Positions 29,048 to 38,346 of a stretch of DNA of 64,000 bases are shown piece by piece. Positions within the stretch are counted from its first letter, which is position 1, and every line of letters begins with the position of its first letter. The DNA is from Actinomycetota bacterium. Its GTDB lineage: Bacteria > Actinomycetota > Acidimicrobiia > Spongiisociales > UBA4744. Location of the stretch: the NCBI GenBank assembly GCA_013152275.1, contig JAADGS010000090.1, forward strand, positions 1 to 64,000, in the 5' to 3' direction. The translations under genes were made by a program, and so were the position numbers. The notes below the pieces were generated by a model, which had not been told where the DNA came from, did no database searches, and worked only from the letters and a program-made list of their open reading frames with translations.

Positions 29048-30141
29048 TCCTCCCCATCGGCGGCAAGTAACTCGCTGACGGCTCTTCGGCGCTTGATCCA
29101 CATGGACAGCCGCTCCGATCGGGCTATGACGAGTAGCAGAATGATGATGGCCTGGGCGATCAGGCTGGTGGCGGCCGGCACTTGGGCGATCCGCTCCATC
29201 GAGGAGGCACCGGCTTGCAGACCTCCGAACAGGAGAGCCGCTGCAACGACTCCGCCGGATCGCGCGTTTCCGACCAGTGCCACGGCAATGGCAGTGAACC
29301 CGTACCCGGGTGAGAAGAAGTCGCTGAGGCGGTATTGCGTTCCGGCCAGTTCCACGACACCGGCAAGCCCCGAGAGTCCACCGGCGATCACCATCGCAAG
29401 GATGGTGAGCCGGCGTACCGACATTCCCGCGAACTCGGCGACGTGCGGGTTGTCCCCGAGTGTGCGGAGCTGCAGCCCGAAGCGGGACCGCTCGAGGAGC
29501 ACGTACACGCCGATGGCGGCGACACCCGCGAGCACGATGCCGAACGGGATCGACAGGGGTCCGATCTCGAGGACCGGAAGACGGAATTGGACGGCGATCT
29601 CCTTGGACCAGGGGTATCCGCCGCCCGCCCGATCGCGCAGCGGCCCGTGGATGGCCCATCCGGCGAGCAAGATGCCGATCGCGTTCAGGAGGATCGTGGT
29701 GATGACCTCGTTCATGCCGAGGCGTGCTCGCATCCACCCCGGGGACCCGCCCCACACCACGCCGGCAGCCGCCCCCACGATGAGGATCATCATGACCGCG
29801 ACGAACGGGATGCCGATCGGAACTGCCTGGGAGATCGCTATGGCTGCGAGGGCCGCTACGTACAGCTGGCCATCTCCCCCGAGGTTGAACAGGCCCGCCC
29901 TGAGCCCGACGGCCACACCGAGGCCGATGAACATGAGAGGGATGGTCTGACGAAGCGTCTCCTCGAATGCTCGCGCGTCTCCCACGGCTCCCCTCGCGAG
30001 CGCAGGCAGCGCCTGGCCCAGATCGACGCCGCTCAGCGCGAGGAACGCGATGGACAGGCCGACGCCCAGGGCGACGATCGCAATGCTGACCGCTCGCTGG
30101 GAGGTCAGAAGGTTCGCGAGAGTGAAGCGGCGCGTGGTCAT
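29044..30141 (-). CDS. Nucleoside-type (BMP/CUT2) ABC permease
   Basis: RAGLFNLGGDGQL, NEVITTILLN, GYGFTAIAVA. Confidence 0.9.
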   Translation of the reverse strand: MTTRRFTLANLLTSQRAVSIAIVALGVGLSIAFLALSGVDLGQALPALARGAVGDARAFEETLRQTIPLMFIGLGVAVGLRAGLFNLGGDGQLYVAALAAIAISQAVPIGIPFVAVMMILIVGAAAGVVWGGSPGWMRARLGMNEVITTILLNAIGILLAGWAIHGPLRDRAGGGYPWSKEIAVQFRLPVLEIGPLSIPFGIVLAGVAAIGVYVLLERSRFGLQLRTLGDNPHVAEFAGMSVRRLTILAMVIAGGLSGLAGVVELAGTQYRLSDFFSPGYGFTAIAVALVGNARSGGVVAAALLFGGLQAGASSMERIAQVPAATSLIAQAIIILLLVIARSERLSMWIKRRRAVSELLAADGEE

Positions 30142-31667
30142 GGCCGATCCAGCTTCTCACCGCTCATGAGCAGACCGATGCGCTGGTCGGCCCCATCACC
30201 CGGGATCACCTCGCCGACGATTCGGCCCGACGACATCACCAGGATCCGGTCCGCCACCGACAGGATCTCGTCGAGATCATACGACACGAACAACACTCCC
30301 CCTCCCCGACCCCGGACGGCGAGGAGTTGTTCGAGCACGAACCTGGCTGCGGCGATGTCGAGGCCCCGACACGGGTTCATGGCAATGACCAGCTCGGGTT
30401 CATCGCCGAGCTCGCGAGCCAGGACGGCCTTCTGCTGATTGCCTCCCGACAGCTCACCGGCCGGCTGGTCCGGTCCGGCGGCCCGCACGTCGAATCGCTC
30501 GAGGAGCGACACACATAGGCGATGTGCCTTCTGGCGATCGATCAATCCCTGGTGCACCAGGCCGCGCTGTCCCCAGCGTCCCAGATGCAGGTTCTCCCAG
30601 AGCGCCAGGCCGAGAGCCAAGCCGTGGCGATGCCGATCCTCCGGGATGCGAGCGATGGACGCCGACAGTCCGCGATTCCAGCATCTCGAACCGTCGCTGA
30701 ACCAGACCCCTCCCCCGTCGGCCTCACGTATCCCGCAGATCACCTCGATCAGCTCCCGCTGGCCGTTGCCATCCACGCCCGCGATGCCCACGATCTCGCC
30801 GGCCCGTACCTCCAGTTCGACGTCCTGCACCAAACGACGCTCACCGGAGATGTGCAGGCCTTCGATCCTCAGCAGCGGCCTCCCCACCGTCGCAGGAGGA
30901 GGATCGAAACCCGTCTCGATCCGCCGTCCGACCATGAACGTGACGAGCTCCTGGCGATCTGTGGCGGCAGTGTCGAGCGTCGCCACTTCGCGGCCATTCC
31001 GCAGAACCGTCACCCGGTCGCTCAACGCAAACACCTCGTCCAGCTTGTGTGTGATGAAAATGACGCTGAGTCCCGAAGTCCGGTACTCGCGCAGAGCGTC
31101 GAAGAGCACGTCACGCTCGAGTGGGGTGAGCGTGGCGGTCGGCTCGTCGAGGACCAGGAGCGTCACCTCCTGGGCCAGTACTCGCAGCAGGCTCACCCAC
31201 TGTCGTTGACCCACGGAGAGGTCGGCGACGACCGCGTCCGGATCGACGTTCCCCCCGAACCGACCCTCGACGTCCTTGACCACGGCCCGCACGGAATCCA
31301 TGGCGAGCCAGAAGTGATCGCCCATGGCGAGCGCGAAGTTCTCGGCGACCGTGAGCGCCGGGACGAGTCGATCGTGCTGATGCACCATGCCGATGCCCAA
31401 TGCGGCGGCCGCCTGCGGCGAAGCGATCTCGACACGCCGCCCTCGCCAGAAGATCGCGCCCGAGTTCGGTCGCGTGATCCCGTCGAGCACCCTCATCAAT
31501 GTGGTCTTGCCCGCCCCGTTCTCACCGAGGAGTGCGTGAATCTCCCCAGGTCGAACCGACAACGATGCGCCGTTCAGAGCGACGGTCGTCGCATACTGCT
31601 TCCGGATCCTCTCCAACCGGAGCAGGTCGGTGCCGCCGGAGGGCGTCCCACCCACCGGCGGCTCCAT
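30138..31667 (-). CDS. Nucleoside-type ABC ATP-binding protein (two fused ATPase domains)
   Basis: GENGAGKTT, GIGMVHQH, LDEPT, GIAGVDGNGQ, LSGGNQQK. Confidence 0.93.
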   Translation of the reverse strand: MEPPVGGTPSGGTDLLRLERIRKQYATTVALNGASLSVRPGEIHALLGENGAGKTTLMRVLDGITRPNSGAIFWRGRRVEIASPQAAAALGIGMVHQHDRLVPALTVAENFALAMGDHFWLAMDSVRAVVKDVEGRFGGNVDPDAVVADLSVGQRQWVSLLRVLAQEVTLLVLDEPTATLTPLERDVLFDALREYRTSGLSVIFITHKLDEVFALSDRVTVLRNGREVATLDTAATDRQELVTFMVGRRIETGFDPPPATVGRPLLRIEGLHISGERRLVQDVELEVRAGEIVGIAGVDGNGQRELIEVICGIREADGGGVWFSDGSRCWNRGLSASIARIPEDRHRHGLALGLALWENLHLGRWGQRGLVHQGLIDRQKAHRLCVSLLERFDVRAAGPDQPAGELSGGNQQKAVLARELGDEPELVIAMNPCRGLDIAAARFVLEQLLAVRGRGGGVLFVSYDLDEILSVADRILVMSSGRIVGEVIPGDGADQRIGLLMSGEKLDRP

Positions 31668-31690
31668 GGCCTGCTGTCCAGCGAGACCGC

Positions 31691-32785
31691 TCAGCTCTGC
31701 GGCTCCGGAATGAACGGCACCTTGATGCTGCCGTCGACGATCGAAGCACTCGCTGCATCAACGGCCGCCTGGATCTTGCTTGCGAGCGCGTCATCAACAG
31801 CCCTGATCGGCGCGAGACGGAGCACGTCCGAATCAAGACCGAAGAAGCGCTGTTTGCCGCTGAACTTGCCGTTCACAATGTCACCCACTGCATCGACGAT
31901 GAGAGCACGCTGATCCACGATCTGGGACGTGATGACCGCCTCCGGTGCCACATCGTACTGGTCGCCACCCCAGCCGATAGCGTAAACACCTTCTTCCCGC
32001 GCCGCCTGGATGACGCCGATACCGGCGGCATCGGCTATCTGATACACGACGTCGACACCTTCCGAGATCATGGCCCGGGCGGTCTCCTTGCCCTTCTCGA
32101 CGTCGTCGAAGGTTCCGAGGTACGTGAGGGTCACCTTGATATCGGGGTTGACGGACTGCGCCCCGAGACGATATGCCTCCATCTGTGCGACGATGACCGG
32201 GAACTCGAAGCCGGCGATCCCACCGATCTGATCGGTTTTCGTTGCCATGGCGGCGACGATTCCGGCGAGGTAGGCGGCATCCTGGGACTCTGGCTGCAGA
32301 CCCTGCATGTTGGGACCGGACAGGTCATTGTTGTTGGTGACAAGGAAGATGGTCTCCGGATACTCCGGCGCAACCTTCTTGGCAATGTCTCCGAACTCGA
32401 ACCCCTGGCCGATCACGATGTCGTATCCGGCCGACGCATAGTCTTCGAACGCCTTCACGAACTCCGGCACCGGCGTCATCTCCGAGTACGCGGTCTTCGC
32501 ACCAAACTGCTTCTCGAGTATCGCCAGCGACTCGAAGGCCAGCTGGTTGAAGCCCTTGTCATTTGCCGAGCCCGGCAGGACCAGAGCCACCTTGATCGGC
32601 TCCGCCGCCGCGGTCGTCGTGGTTGCCTGTGTGGTCGACGACTGTGAGGCTGCGGTCGTCGTGGTTGCCTGTGTGGTCGACGACTGTGAGGCTGCGGTCG
32701 TCGCGGTGGTGCTACCCCCACAGGCCGCAGCCAGCAGGGCCATCGTCAGTAGTAGTCCGATCAAGTGTATCCATCGTCGTGTCAT
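31691..32785 (-). CDS. BMP/PnrA-family nucleoside-binding lipoprotein
   Basis: Lipobox AAAC, Thr-rich linker, DKGFNQ, AYLAGIVAA, GTFDDVEKG, DQY. Confidence 0.9.
   Translation of the reverse strand: MTRRWIHLIGLLLTMALLAAACGGSTTATTAASQSSTTQATTTTAASQSSTTQATTTTAAAEPIKVALVLPGSANDKGFNQLAFESLAILEKQFGAKTAYSEMTPVPEFVKAFEDYASAGYDIVIGQGFEFGDIAKKVAPEYPETIFLVTNNNDLSGPNMQGLQPESQDAAYLAGIVAAMATKTDQIGGIAGFEFPVIVAQMEAYRLGAQSVNPDIKVTLTYLGTFDDVEKGKETARAMISEGVDVVYQIADAAGIGVIQAAREEGVYAIGWGGDQYDVAPEAVITSQIVDQRALIVDAVGDIVNGKFSGKQRFFGLDSDVLRLAPIRAVDDALASKIQAAVDAASASIVDGSIKVPFIPEPQS
32610..32703. repeat. Perfect 42-bp tandem repeat (2.2 copies) in the BMP linker
   Basis: GCGGTCGTCGTGGTTGCCTGTGTGGTCGACGACTGTGAGGCT at 32610 and 32652; encodes a repeated 14-aa Thr/Ser-rich unit. 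Confidence 0.95.
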
Positions 32786-32921
32786 GAGTTGGCTTCCTCT
32801 CGTGCAGTCGGCCACCGATCGGCGGCACAACTTCGTCAGGGCCGGGCCTTCGATGGCCCGTCTTTCTCCTCACTTCTCTTCATCAGTACTTCCGCCCCGT
32901 CCGGCGGGTGGGTCACAGCCG

Positions 32922-33935
32922 TCACCTCCCTTCCAACCAGGCCGTCAAGTGGTCGAGTGCCTCCGGTAACCCGAGCGGGGTGTCGTTGCCATCGCCCCGG
33001 GCGTACACGGCGCGGACCGCACCCGGTGTCGCCGACCTGCCCTCGCGGGCCAGCCGCTTCGCGAGCGCCGCCTTCGCCTGGCCGAGTTGCTCCACCGTCG
33101 GCATGATCGTGACGACACCCGGCAACTGATCGAGCACGCCACGCAGCGCGATCGGGCCCTCCGGGCCCTTCCGGGTCATGGGAAGTCCCTCGGCCTTCCT
33201 CAGCGCCGCATCGGCCAGAAACGAGCGGTGGGTGAGCCCGGGTGATACCCAGGCGCCGATGCCTGCGTAGCGGTGCCTCACCCGTCGCAACGTGGCGGCG
33301 ATGATGTCGACGAGTCGGTTGTGCATCTCCACGTACGCAGCCCGCTCGTTGGGGCCCCATCGCCACTTCCCGTTACCGAGGTCGATGGCGGTGCAGTCGT
33401 CCCGCTCCGGCGACACCGAGGTGCCCCGCGCTTCGAACAAACCGGGGTCGTCGTAGCTGGTCGCCGGACTCTGCTCACCGCGCCACTCGTAGATGTACGG
33501 ATAGGGCACCATCGCCATGGGCTCGGACATGACGATCCGGTCCAGTGCCACGTCCCCTTTGCGCAGCGGTCCGACGTGCAGCAGCGCAGGATCCTCGTCC
33601 GGGTCGAGCACGGCGCGCAATGGAGCCGGCACCGCCAAGTCGCCCTCCGGCTCCCACCCCGCAGCAAGCAGCGCCCCGTTGATGGCCCGGTGCTCTCGGC
33701 TCGTGCTGTACGGCTTGTACTTGGTGCACGGCATGATGAGCGCCAACCGCCGGCCGCCTGCCTGTGGCGGCTCCCACTCGTGCATGAGGAATCGAACCCA
33801 CGCCTTCACCCTCGGGTGCTCGAGCGCATCCAGATTCGCCTGGGGAGAGTAGATGCACAGGGTCGGATCCAGCTCGAACGGAGCGCGGATCTTCCGCCGT
33901 GAATCGGCGAGACGATCGGCCGGCAGGAGACTCAT
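32922..33935 (-). CDS. Stand-alone DUF5591 / archaeosine synthase (ArcS) catalytic-domain-like protein
   Basis: LIMPCTKYKPYSTSREH resembles ArcS PCSxxKPYSxSxSH; RIVMSEPMAMVP..PATSYD resembles ArcS IVTSPLGxVP..P..xYD; no TGT barrel or PUA domain seen. Confidence 0.65.
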   Translation of the reverse strand: MSLLPADRLADSRRKIRAPFELDPTLCIYSPQANLDALEHPRVKAWVRFLMHEWEPPQAGGRRLALIMPCTKYKPYSTSREHRAINGALLAAGWEPEGDLAVPAPLRAVLDPDEDPALLHVGPLRKGDVALDRIVMSEPMAMVPYPYIYEWRGEQSPATSYDDPGLFEARGTSVSPERDDCTAIDLGNGKWRWGPNERAAYVEMHNRLVDIIAATLRRVRHRYAGIGAWVSPGLTHRSFLADAALRKAEGLPMTRKGPEGPIALRGVLDQLPGVVTIMPTVEQLGQAKAALAKRLAREGRSATPGAVRAVYARGDGNDTPLGLPEALDHLTAWLEGR

Positions 33936-33939
33936 CGGC

Positions 33940-34548
33940 TCAGCCCTCGTCGATGACGCGCAGCAGCATCGGCGTCGGGTTGAAATTGTTGCAGGGGGTG
34001 AGATCCTGGGGACATGCCGAGAGGAGTACCACGAGGTCTTCGTGGGCCTTCAGCGTGATCGTCGCGCCCGCGCCGTGGGCGGCAGGGTCGGTGACGACCG
34101 AGCCGTCCGGTTCGACGCGGTTGTGCATGAACACGTTCCAGGCGGTCTCGCCGTGCAGCTCGTACTCCTCCCCGAGGAGGTCCCTGGCCTGCTCCAGGTT
34201 GCCGAGGCAATGCGCGTGATCGGGGAGACCGTAGTCGTTCAGGTACCGCTCACGATCGCAGCACGGCACGATGATGTCGTGCTTCTCGACGTCGTCCCGC
34301 ACGATGGTGAACACCGGGTTGCGATGATTGGAGAAGACCTGGGACCCGGTCTTCAGCACCACCGACTGATTGCAGGACACGGTGTGCGTCGGCGACATGT
34401 ACTCCGAAGGGTCGTTGCGGAACCAGGCGACGATGTCGCCCACCTGGTGGCCGACAACGTCGACGATGTCGAGCAACTGGCCCTTCTTGACATAGACGCC
34501 CCGTCCCTCGCGTGAGGGGACGAGGACCTCCTCGACTGTCGTACTCAT
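33940..34548 (-). CDS. DUF1989 / urea-carboxylase-associated family protein
   Basis: DVVGHQVGD, HDIIVPCC..RY, HAHCLGNL, WNVFM, LSACPQDLTPCN. Confidence 0.88.
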   Translation of the reverse strand: MSTTVEEVLVPSREGRGVYVKKGQLLDIVDVVGHQVGDIVAWFRNDPSEYMSPTHTVSCNQSVVLKTGSQVFSNHRNPVFTIVRDDVEKHDIIVPCCDRERYLNDYGLPDHAHCLGNLEQARDLLGEEYELHGETAWNVFMHNRVEPDGSVVTDPAAHGAGATITLKAHEDLVVLLSACPQDLTPCNNFNPTPMLLRVIDEG

Positions 34549-34573
34549 CGCTGCTCCTCTCGTTGGATCTCAT

Positions 34574-35767
34574 TCACACATGGCCTGAACCGGGCGGCTC
34601 GGGAATCTCGGGAGTGACCGTGACCGCCCGGGAAGCGGCCGGCGTGTTGCGACTCCGCAGCGCCCGGACGACACCGTCGATGATGACCGCGCCGATGCCC
34701 GGAATGTCGCCTCGTGTCAACGCGCCGCGCGCATCATCGGCCAGCGCTCCCCACGGCGCATCGCACACCACGAGGTCGGCCGGCCGACCGACCTCGACCT
34801 TGCCCGACTCCAGGTCATAGACATCGGTGATGTTCCCCGATGCCCACGCCCACGCCATTTCGGGCTCCACGCCGGCCAGCGAGCACAGCTCGGCCATCGT
34901 CTTGAGGATCGCCAGGGGAATCACCCCGGTGCCGGTCGGCGTATCCGAGCCGAGGATGACCCGATGCTCCACACCGGCCTCTCGGACGGCCTCGGTGATG
35001 TGGATGGCACTGCGAAGATTGCCGGCCTGGACCAATTGGAGAACGAGATCGGTCTCGTTGATGAGGGTGAGCAAGCCGTCGTCATCGAGTGACGTCGGCC
35101 CACCGTTGATGTGCCCGCACACGTCGGGCCGGAGCAACAGCAGATGGTCGACGGTGATCGGTTTCGACCCGGGGATCGACGCCCCACCGGAATGACACAT
35201 CACCTTGATGCCGGCCGCCTGTGCGGCCTTGATCTGAGGCAGCCCGTCTGCGGGGTCCTGGTAGTTCCCGAACCCGAACTTGGCCAGCCACACGCCCTGA
35301 GATGCGATCTCGAGGAAATCCTCGTCGGTGAGCACCGGTTCGATGACCACCGCTCCACCGTGCACCTTCATGCCGTTCGGCCGATACGTATCCCACCAGT
35401 GCGCTGCCGCCACGGCCAGCGCCTTGACACCGATGCGGTCTCGCGGCCGCCCCGGCGTGTGGATCTCACCGGGCGAGATGGCCTGGCAGATCCCCCCGTG
35501 GACATACGACGACAGGAACCCGATCGTGTTCTGACGCGGCGTGAAATCGCCCATCACCACATGACAATGCGAGTCGATGAGGCCGGGACCCACGGTGGCG
35601 CCGTGGACGTCGATCACCCGCTCGGCATCCCCCGCGGCGATACCACCGACGGTCGCGATCCGCCCGTCTTCGATGAGCAGCGACTCTGCCTCGGCGACGG
35701 GCGCGGTGAGATCACCGGTGAGCAATGTCCCGATGTTGATGACGGCTGTGGTCTTCGGCTCGGACAT
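34574..35767 (-). CDS. Enamidase-like amidohydrolase
   Basis: Collinear with Eubacterium barkeri enamidase as recalled: NIG.L..GD, DSHCH..GDF.PRQ, PGRPRD, KVHGGAV, HSGGASIPGS, HINGGPT, D.PTGTG.IP, SRNTP. Confidence 0.85.
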   Translation of the reverse strand: MSEPKTTAVINIGTLLTGDLTAPVAEAESLLIEDGRIATVGGIAAGDAERVIDVHGATVGPGLIDSHCHVVMGDFTPRQNTIGFLSSYVHGGICQAISPGEIHTPGRPRDRIGVKALAVAAAHWWDTYRPNGMKVHGGAVVIEPVLTDEDFLEIASQGVWLAKFGFGNYQDPADGLPQIKAAQAAGIKVMCHSGGASIPGSKPITVDHLLLLRPDVCGHINGGPTSLDDDGLLTLINETDLVLQLVQAGNLRSAIHITEAVREAGVEHRVILGSDTPTGTGVIPLAILKTMAELCSLAGVEPEMAWAWASGNITDVYDLESGKVEVGRPADLVVCDAPWGALADDARGALTRGDIPGIGAVIIDGVVRALRSRNTPAASRAVTVTPEIPEPPGSGHV

Positions 35768-35824
35768 GTCGCCTCCTCTCTCCGTGATGGCGCCTCGGCG
35801 CGGTCGCGCCGAGCTGTCGCCCTG

Positions 35825-36577
35825 CTAGCCCTCCTGTCGTGCCGCCTTCGCCGCCGGCGGGTACGTTTCGTCGAACAACCCCTCTTCGAGACCCTCGAGG
35901 TACTCGAGCACATCGGCAACGTCGGTCACGTCCACGTACTTCATGTGGAGGTCGAACAGAGCGATCTTGTGAGACACCTCACCCCGGTCGAACGCGGCCT
36001 CGTGTGGGATGGTCACCCGCAGGTCGTAGGAGAGGGCGTCGACTGCCGTCGCCCGCACACACCCGCTCGTGGTGCTCCCGGTGAGGATGAGCGAGTCGGC
36101 GCCCATCTGATTGAGATGACTCATCAGCGTCGTACCGAAAAACGCGGACGGCTTGCGCTTCTCGATGAACAGATCATCCGGCAGGGGGGCAACCTCGGCA
36201 ACGATGTCGTTGCCCTTGTGACCCATGACATCGACCTCGTCCTCGGCTCGGTAACTCTTCAGCGTCCACACGCCGAGGTCGAATCCATCCTCGCGCCGCG
36301 GGTTCGTCGTATAGATCACCGGGAGTCGCTTACGACGTGCCACCTCGAGAATCGACCGGATCGCCGGAATGCCCCGAGACCAGGCGACACCGCCGCACGA
36401 GTACCGCCACCGCTTGATCGAATCGAGGATCGGTTCTTCACGATCACCGCAGAAGTTGTAGTTCACGTCGATCACCATTACCGCCGGCCGCTTGCCGTAG
36501 CCGGCGCGCCTGCCCCAGCCGGCAGCCTCGAACACGACCCGGTCGGTGTCGGTGATCACGTCGTCCCAGATCGCCAT
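35825..36577 (-). CDS. Isochorismatase-family cysteine hydrolase (N-carbamoylsarcosine/maleamate amidase-like)
   Basis: G.GKRPAVMVID, K..PSAFFGT, GSTTSGCVRAT (Asp-Lys-Cys triad), FDLHMKY. Confidence 0.9.
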   Translation of the reverse strand: MAIWDDVITDTDRVVFEAAGWGRRAGYGKRPAVMVIDVNYNFCGDREEPILDSIKRWRYSCGGVAWSRGIPAIRSILEVARRKRLPVIYTTNPRREDGFDLGVWTLKSYRAEDEVDVMGHKGNDIVAEVAPLPDDLFIEKRKPSAFFGTTLMSHLNQMGADSLILTGSTTSGCVRATAVDALSYDLRVTIPHEAAFDRGEVSHKIALFDLHMKYVDVTDVADVLEYLEGLEEGLFDETYPPAAKAARQEG

Positions 36578-36580
36578 GGG

Positions 36581-38191
36581 TCAGCCTCCGATGGGCCCGG
36601 TGTACTTGGTGGTCTCAGGGCTGAAGCCGGGCTTGACAAAGGCGTCGTTCAACCAGCGATCCGTGGGGGCCAAGCGCACCGGACTCGTGAGCTGGGCCGG
36701 CGGGCCGGCATCGCGCAGAGTGCGGGGCAGGTACTGCCCGCGAGGATCACCCACCGGCCGCATGCCCGGTGAGTCGTCAGCCCACTCCGCCGTCACCTTG
36801 CCGCGCATGATCGTCTTGATGGGCCATCCGGTGAAGGTGTGACCCTCCATGAGGGACCAGCCGGCCCTCGTGTTGATGTGCTTCTTGTTGACCTCGACTT
36901 CACGCCCGAGGTCGACGATCACGATGTCGGCGTCGAAGCCGGGCATGAGTGAGCCCTTCTTGCCCCACAGGCCGGACGTCTTGGCCGGGTTCTCGCACGA
37001 CACTTGAACGACGCGCTCCAGAGAGCAGCGGTGCTTGTTCACGCCTTCGGACAGCATCACCGGCAAGAACAGCTCCACACGGCTGAAGCCGGTGCGCAGC
37101 TTCCAGATATTCTCGTTGTACATCTCCTCGCGCGACGCCGGCTCCCAGCCGACCACGTGGTCGGACCCCACCACGTCGACGATGCCTCCGGCGAGAGCCT
37201 CCCACAGCGCCTCGATGTTGTCACGGCGGCGCAGTGGCACGTTGATCCGCCAACCGTACTCCGGCTCCGCCCACAGCCAGGCCGGGCCGGTCTGCGCGTA
37301 CAGCTCCAGGCCCTCGGCACGGGCCTTGAGGACCTCCTCGAAGCTGAGACGGGTGGTGCAGTGCTGCAGGTAGAGCGGCACGTTGCCGGGAGTCTGTGCC
37401 GCCAGATACGCGTACGCCCTGACGTGCTGTGCCTCGAGGAAGTCGGGGGAGCGATCGGTCCACGCGCCAAAGTCGGTACGGCCGGCCTCGAGAAGACGGT
37501 CCTCGAAGATGCGGCCGATCTCCCAGTTCTCCGGATGAATGTGGACGATCCCCGGATAACCGAGATGCCCGACCTCCTCCATCACGCGATAGACGGTGCC
37601 GTCGTCGATACCGGTGCCGAGGCCCGCCCTGCGGCTCGGCCAGTTGGTGTCGACGTCGTCGGCCGTTCCCTTCATGCCGCGGGTCTGCAGGTACAGCTTG
37701 AACGAAGTGACGCCGTGCTCCTCAACGTATTGGGGAATCTCATCGGCGTGCTGGTCTGTCTCGAGCATGTAGGTGAAATACGCGTCGACATGGCTGACCG
37801 TCTCGACGACCTCCTTGCCGGCGGGAAACGACTCGTTGAACGAGACGACGTCCGCTCTGGCGACGACCTCCTTGAAGGGCTTGGTGCCGAGCCGAGTGAC
37901 GGGCGCCTGGATGCCCCACGTGGTGACCCCGGCGCAGGCCGCGGCACGTGACTCACTGGTCATGTCGTAGTCGAACGGCACATAGCAGCCCGGGTGGGCC
38001 TCGGAGTCGACGATGCCCGGGAGGATATAGTGTCCCCTGGCGTCGATGGTCTCCTTGGCGTCCGGGAGCAACTCGTCGGGAGCCAACAGAGCGACTTTGC
38101 CGTCCTTGATACCGACTCCGACACGATACCGGCCGTCACCGAGGACGACGGTCCCGTTTACGACCTTTGCGTCGAGAGGCTCGCCCACCAT
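36581..38191 (-). CDS. Cyclic amidohydrolase (dihydropyrimidinase/allantoinase/dihydroorotase family), variant ExH motif
   Basis: PGIVDSEAH, GVTSFKLY, HPEN, QHCT, GSDH, NPAK..GL..KG....G.DADIV. Confidence 0.85.
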   Translation of the reverse strand: MVGEPLDAKVVNGTVVLGDGRYRVGVGIKDGKVALLAPDELLPDAKETIDARGHYILPGIVDSEAHPGCYVPFDYDMTSESRAAACAGVTTWGIQAPVTRLGTKPFKEVVARADVVSFNESFPAGKEVVETVSHVDAYFTYMLETDQHADEIPQYVEEHGVTSFKLYLQTRGMKGTADDVDTNWPSRRAGLGTGIDDGTVYRVMEEVGHLGYPGIVHIHPENWEIGRIFEDRLLEAGRTDFGAWTDRSPDFLEAQHVRAYAYLAAQTPGNVPLYLQHCTTRLSFEEVLKARAEGLELYAQTGPAWLWAEPEYGWRINVPLRRRDNIEALWEALAGGIVDVVGSDHVVGWEPASREEMYNENIWKLRTGFSRVELFLPVMLSEGVNKHRCSLERVVQVSCENPAKTSGLWGKKGSLMPGFDADIVIVDLGREVEVNKKHINTRAGWSLMEGHTFTGWPIKTIMRGKVTAEWADDSPGMRPVGDPRGQYLPRTLRDAGPPAQLTSPVRLAPTDRWLNDAFVKPGFSPETTKYTGPIGG

Positions 38192-38234
38192 GAAGTCCTC
38201 CTCTCCTGGCCCGACACGCCGTCAGGCACTAGGG

Positions 38235-38260
38235 TTGTCTCTTACAGAGAGACAGCCTAC
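38235..38260 (-). promoter_or_regulatory. -10-like box plus operator, copy 2 (divergent promoter region)
   Basis: TTGTCTCTTACAGAGAGACAGCCTAC, 23/26 identical to 26537-26562; TAGGCT on the minus strand. Confidence 0.72.
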
Positions 38261-38346
38261 CATCGGTGCCGGTGCGGCGACAACCGGAACTCGGCCGGGC
38301 CCCACCGCACCGCAGGCGGGCACACGCACACGAGAGGACCCAATCG

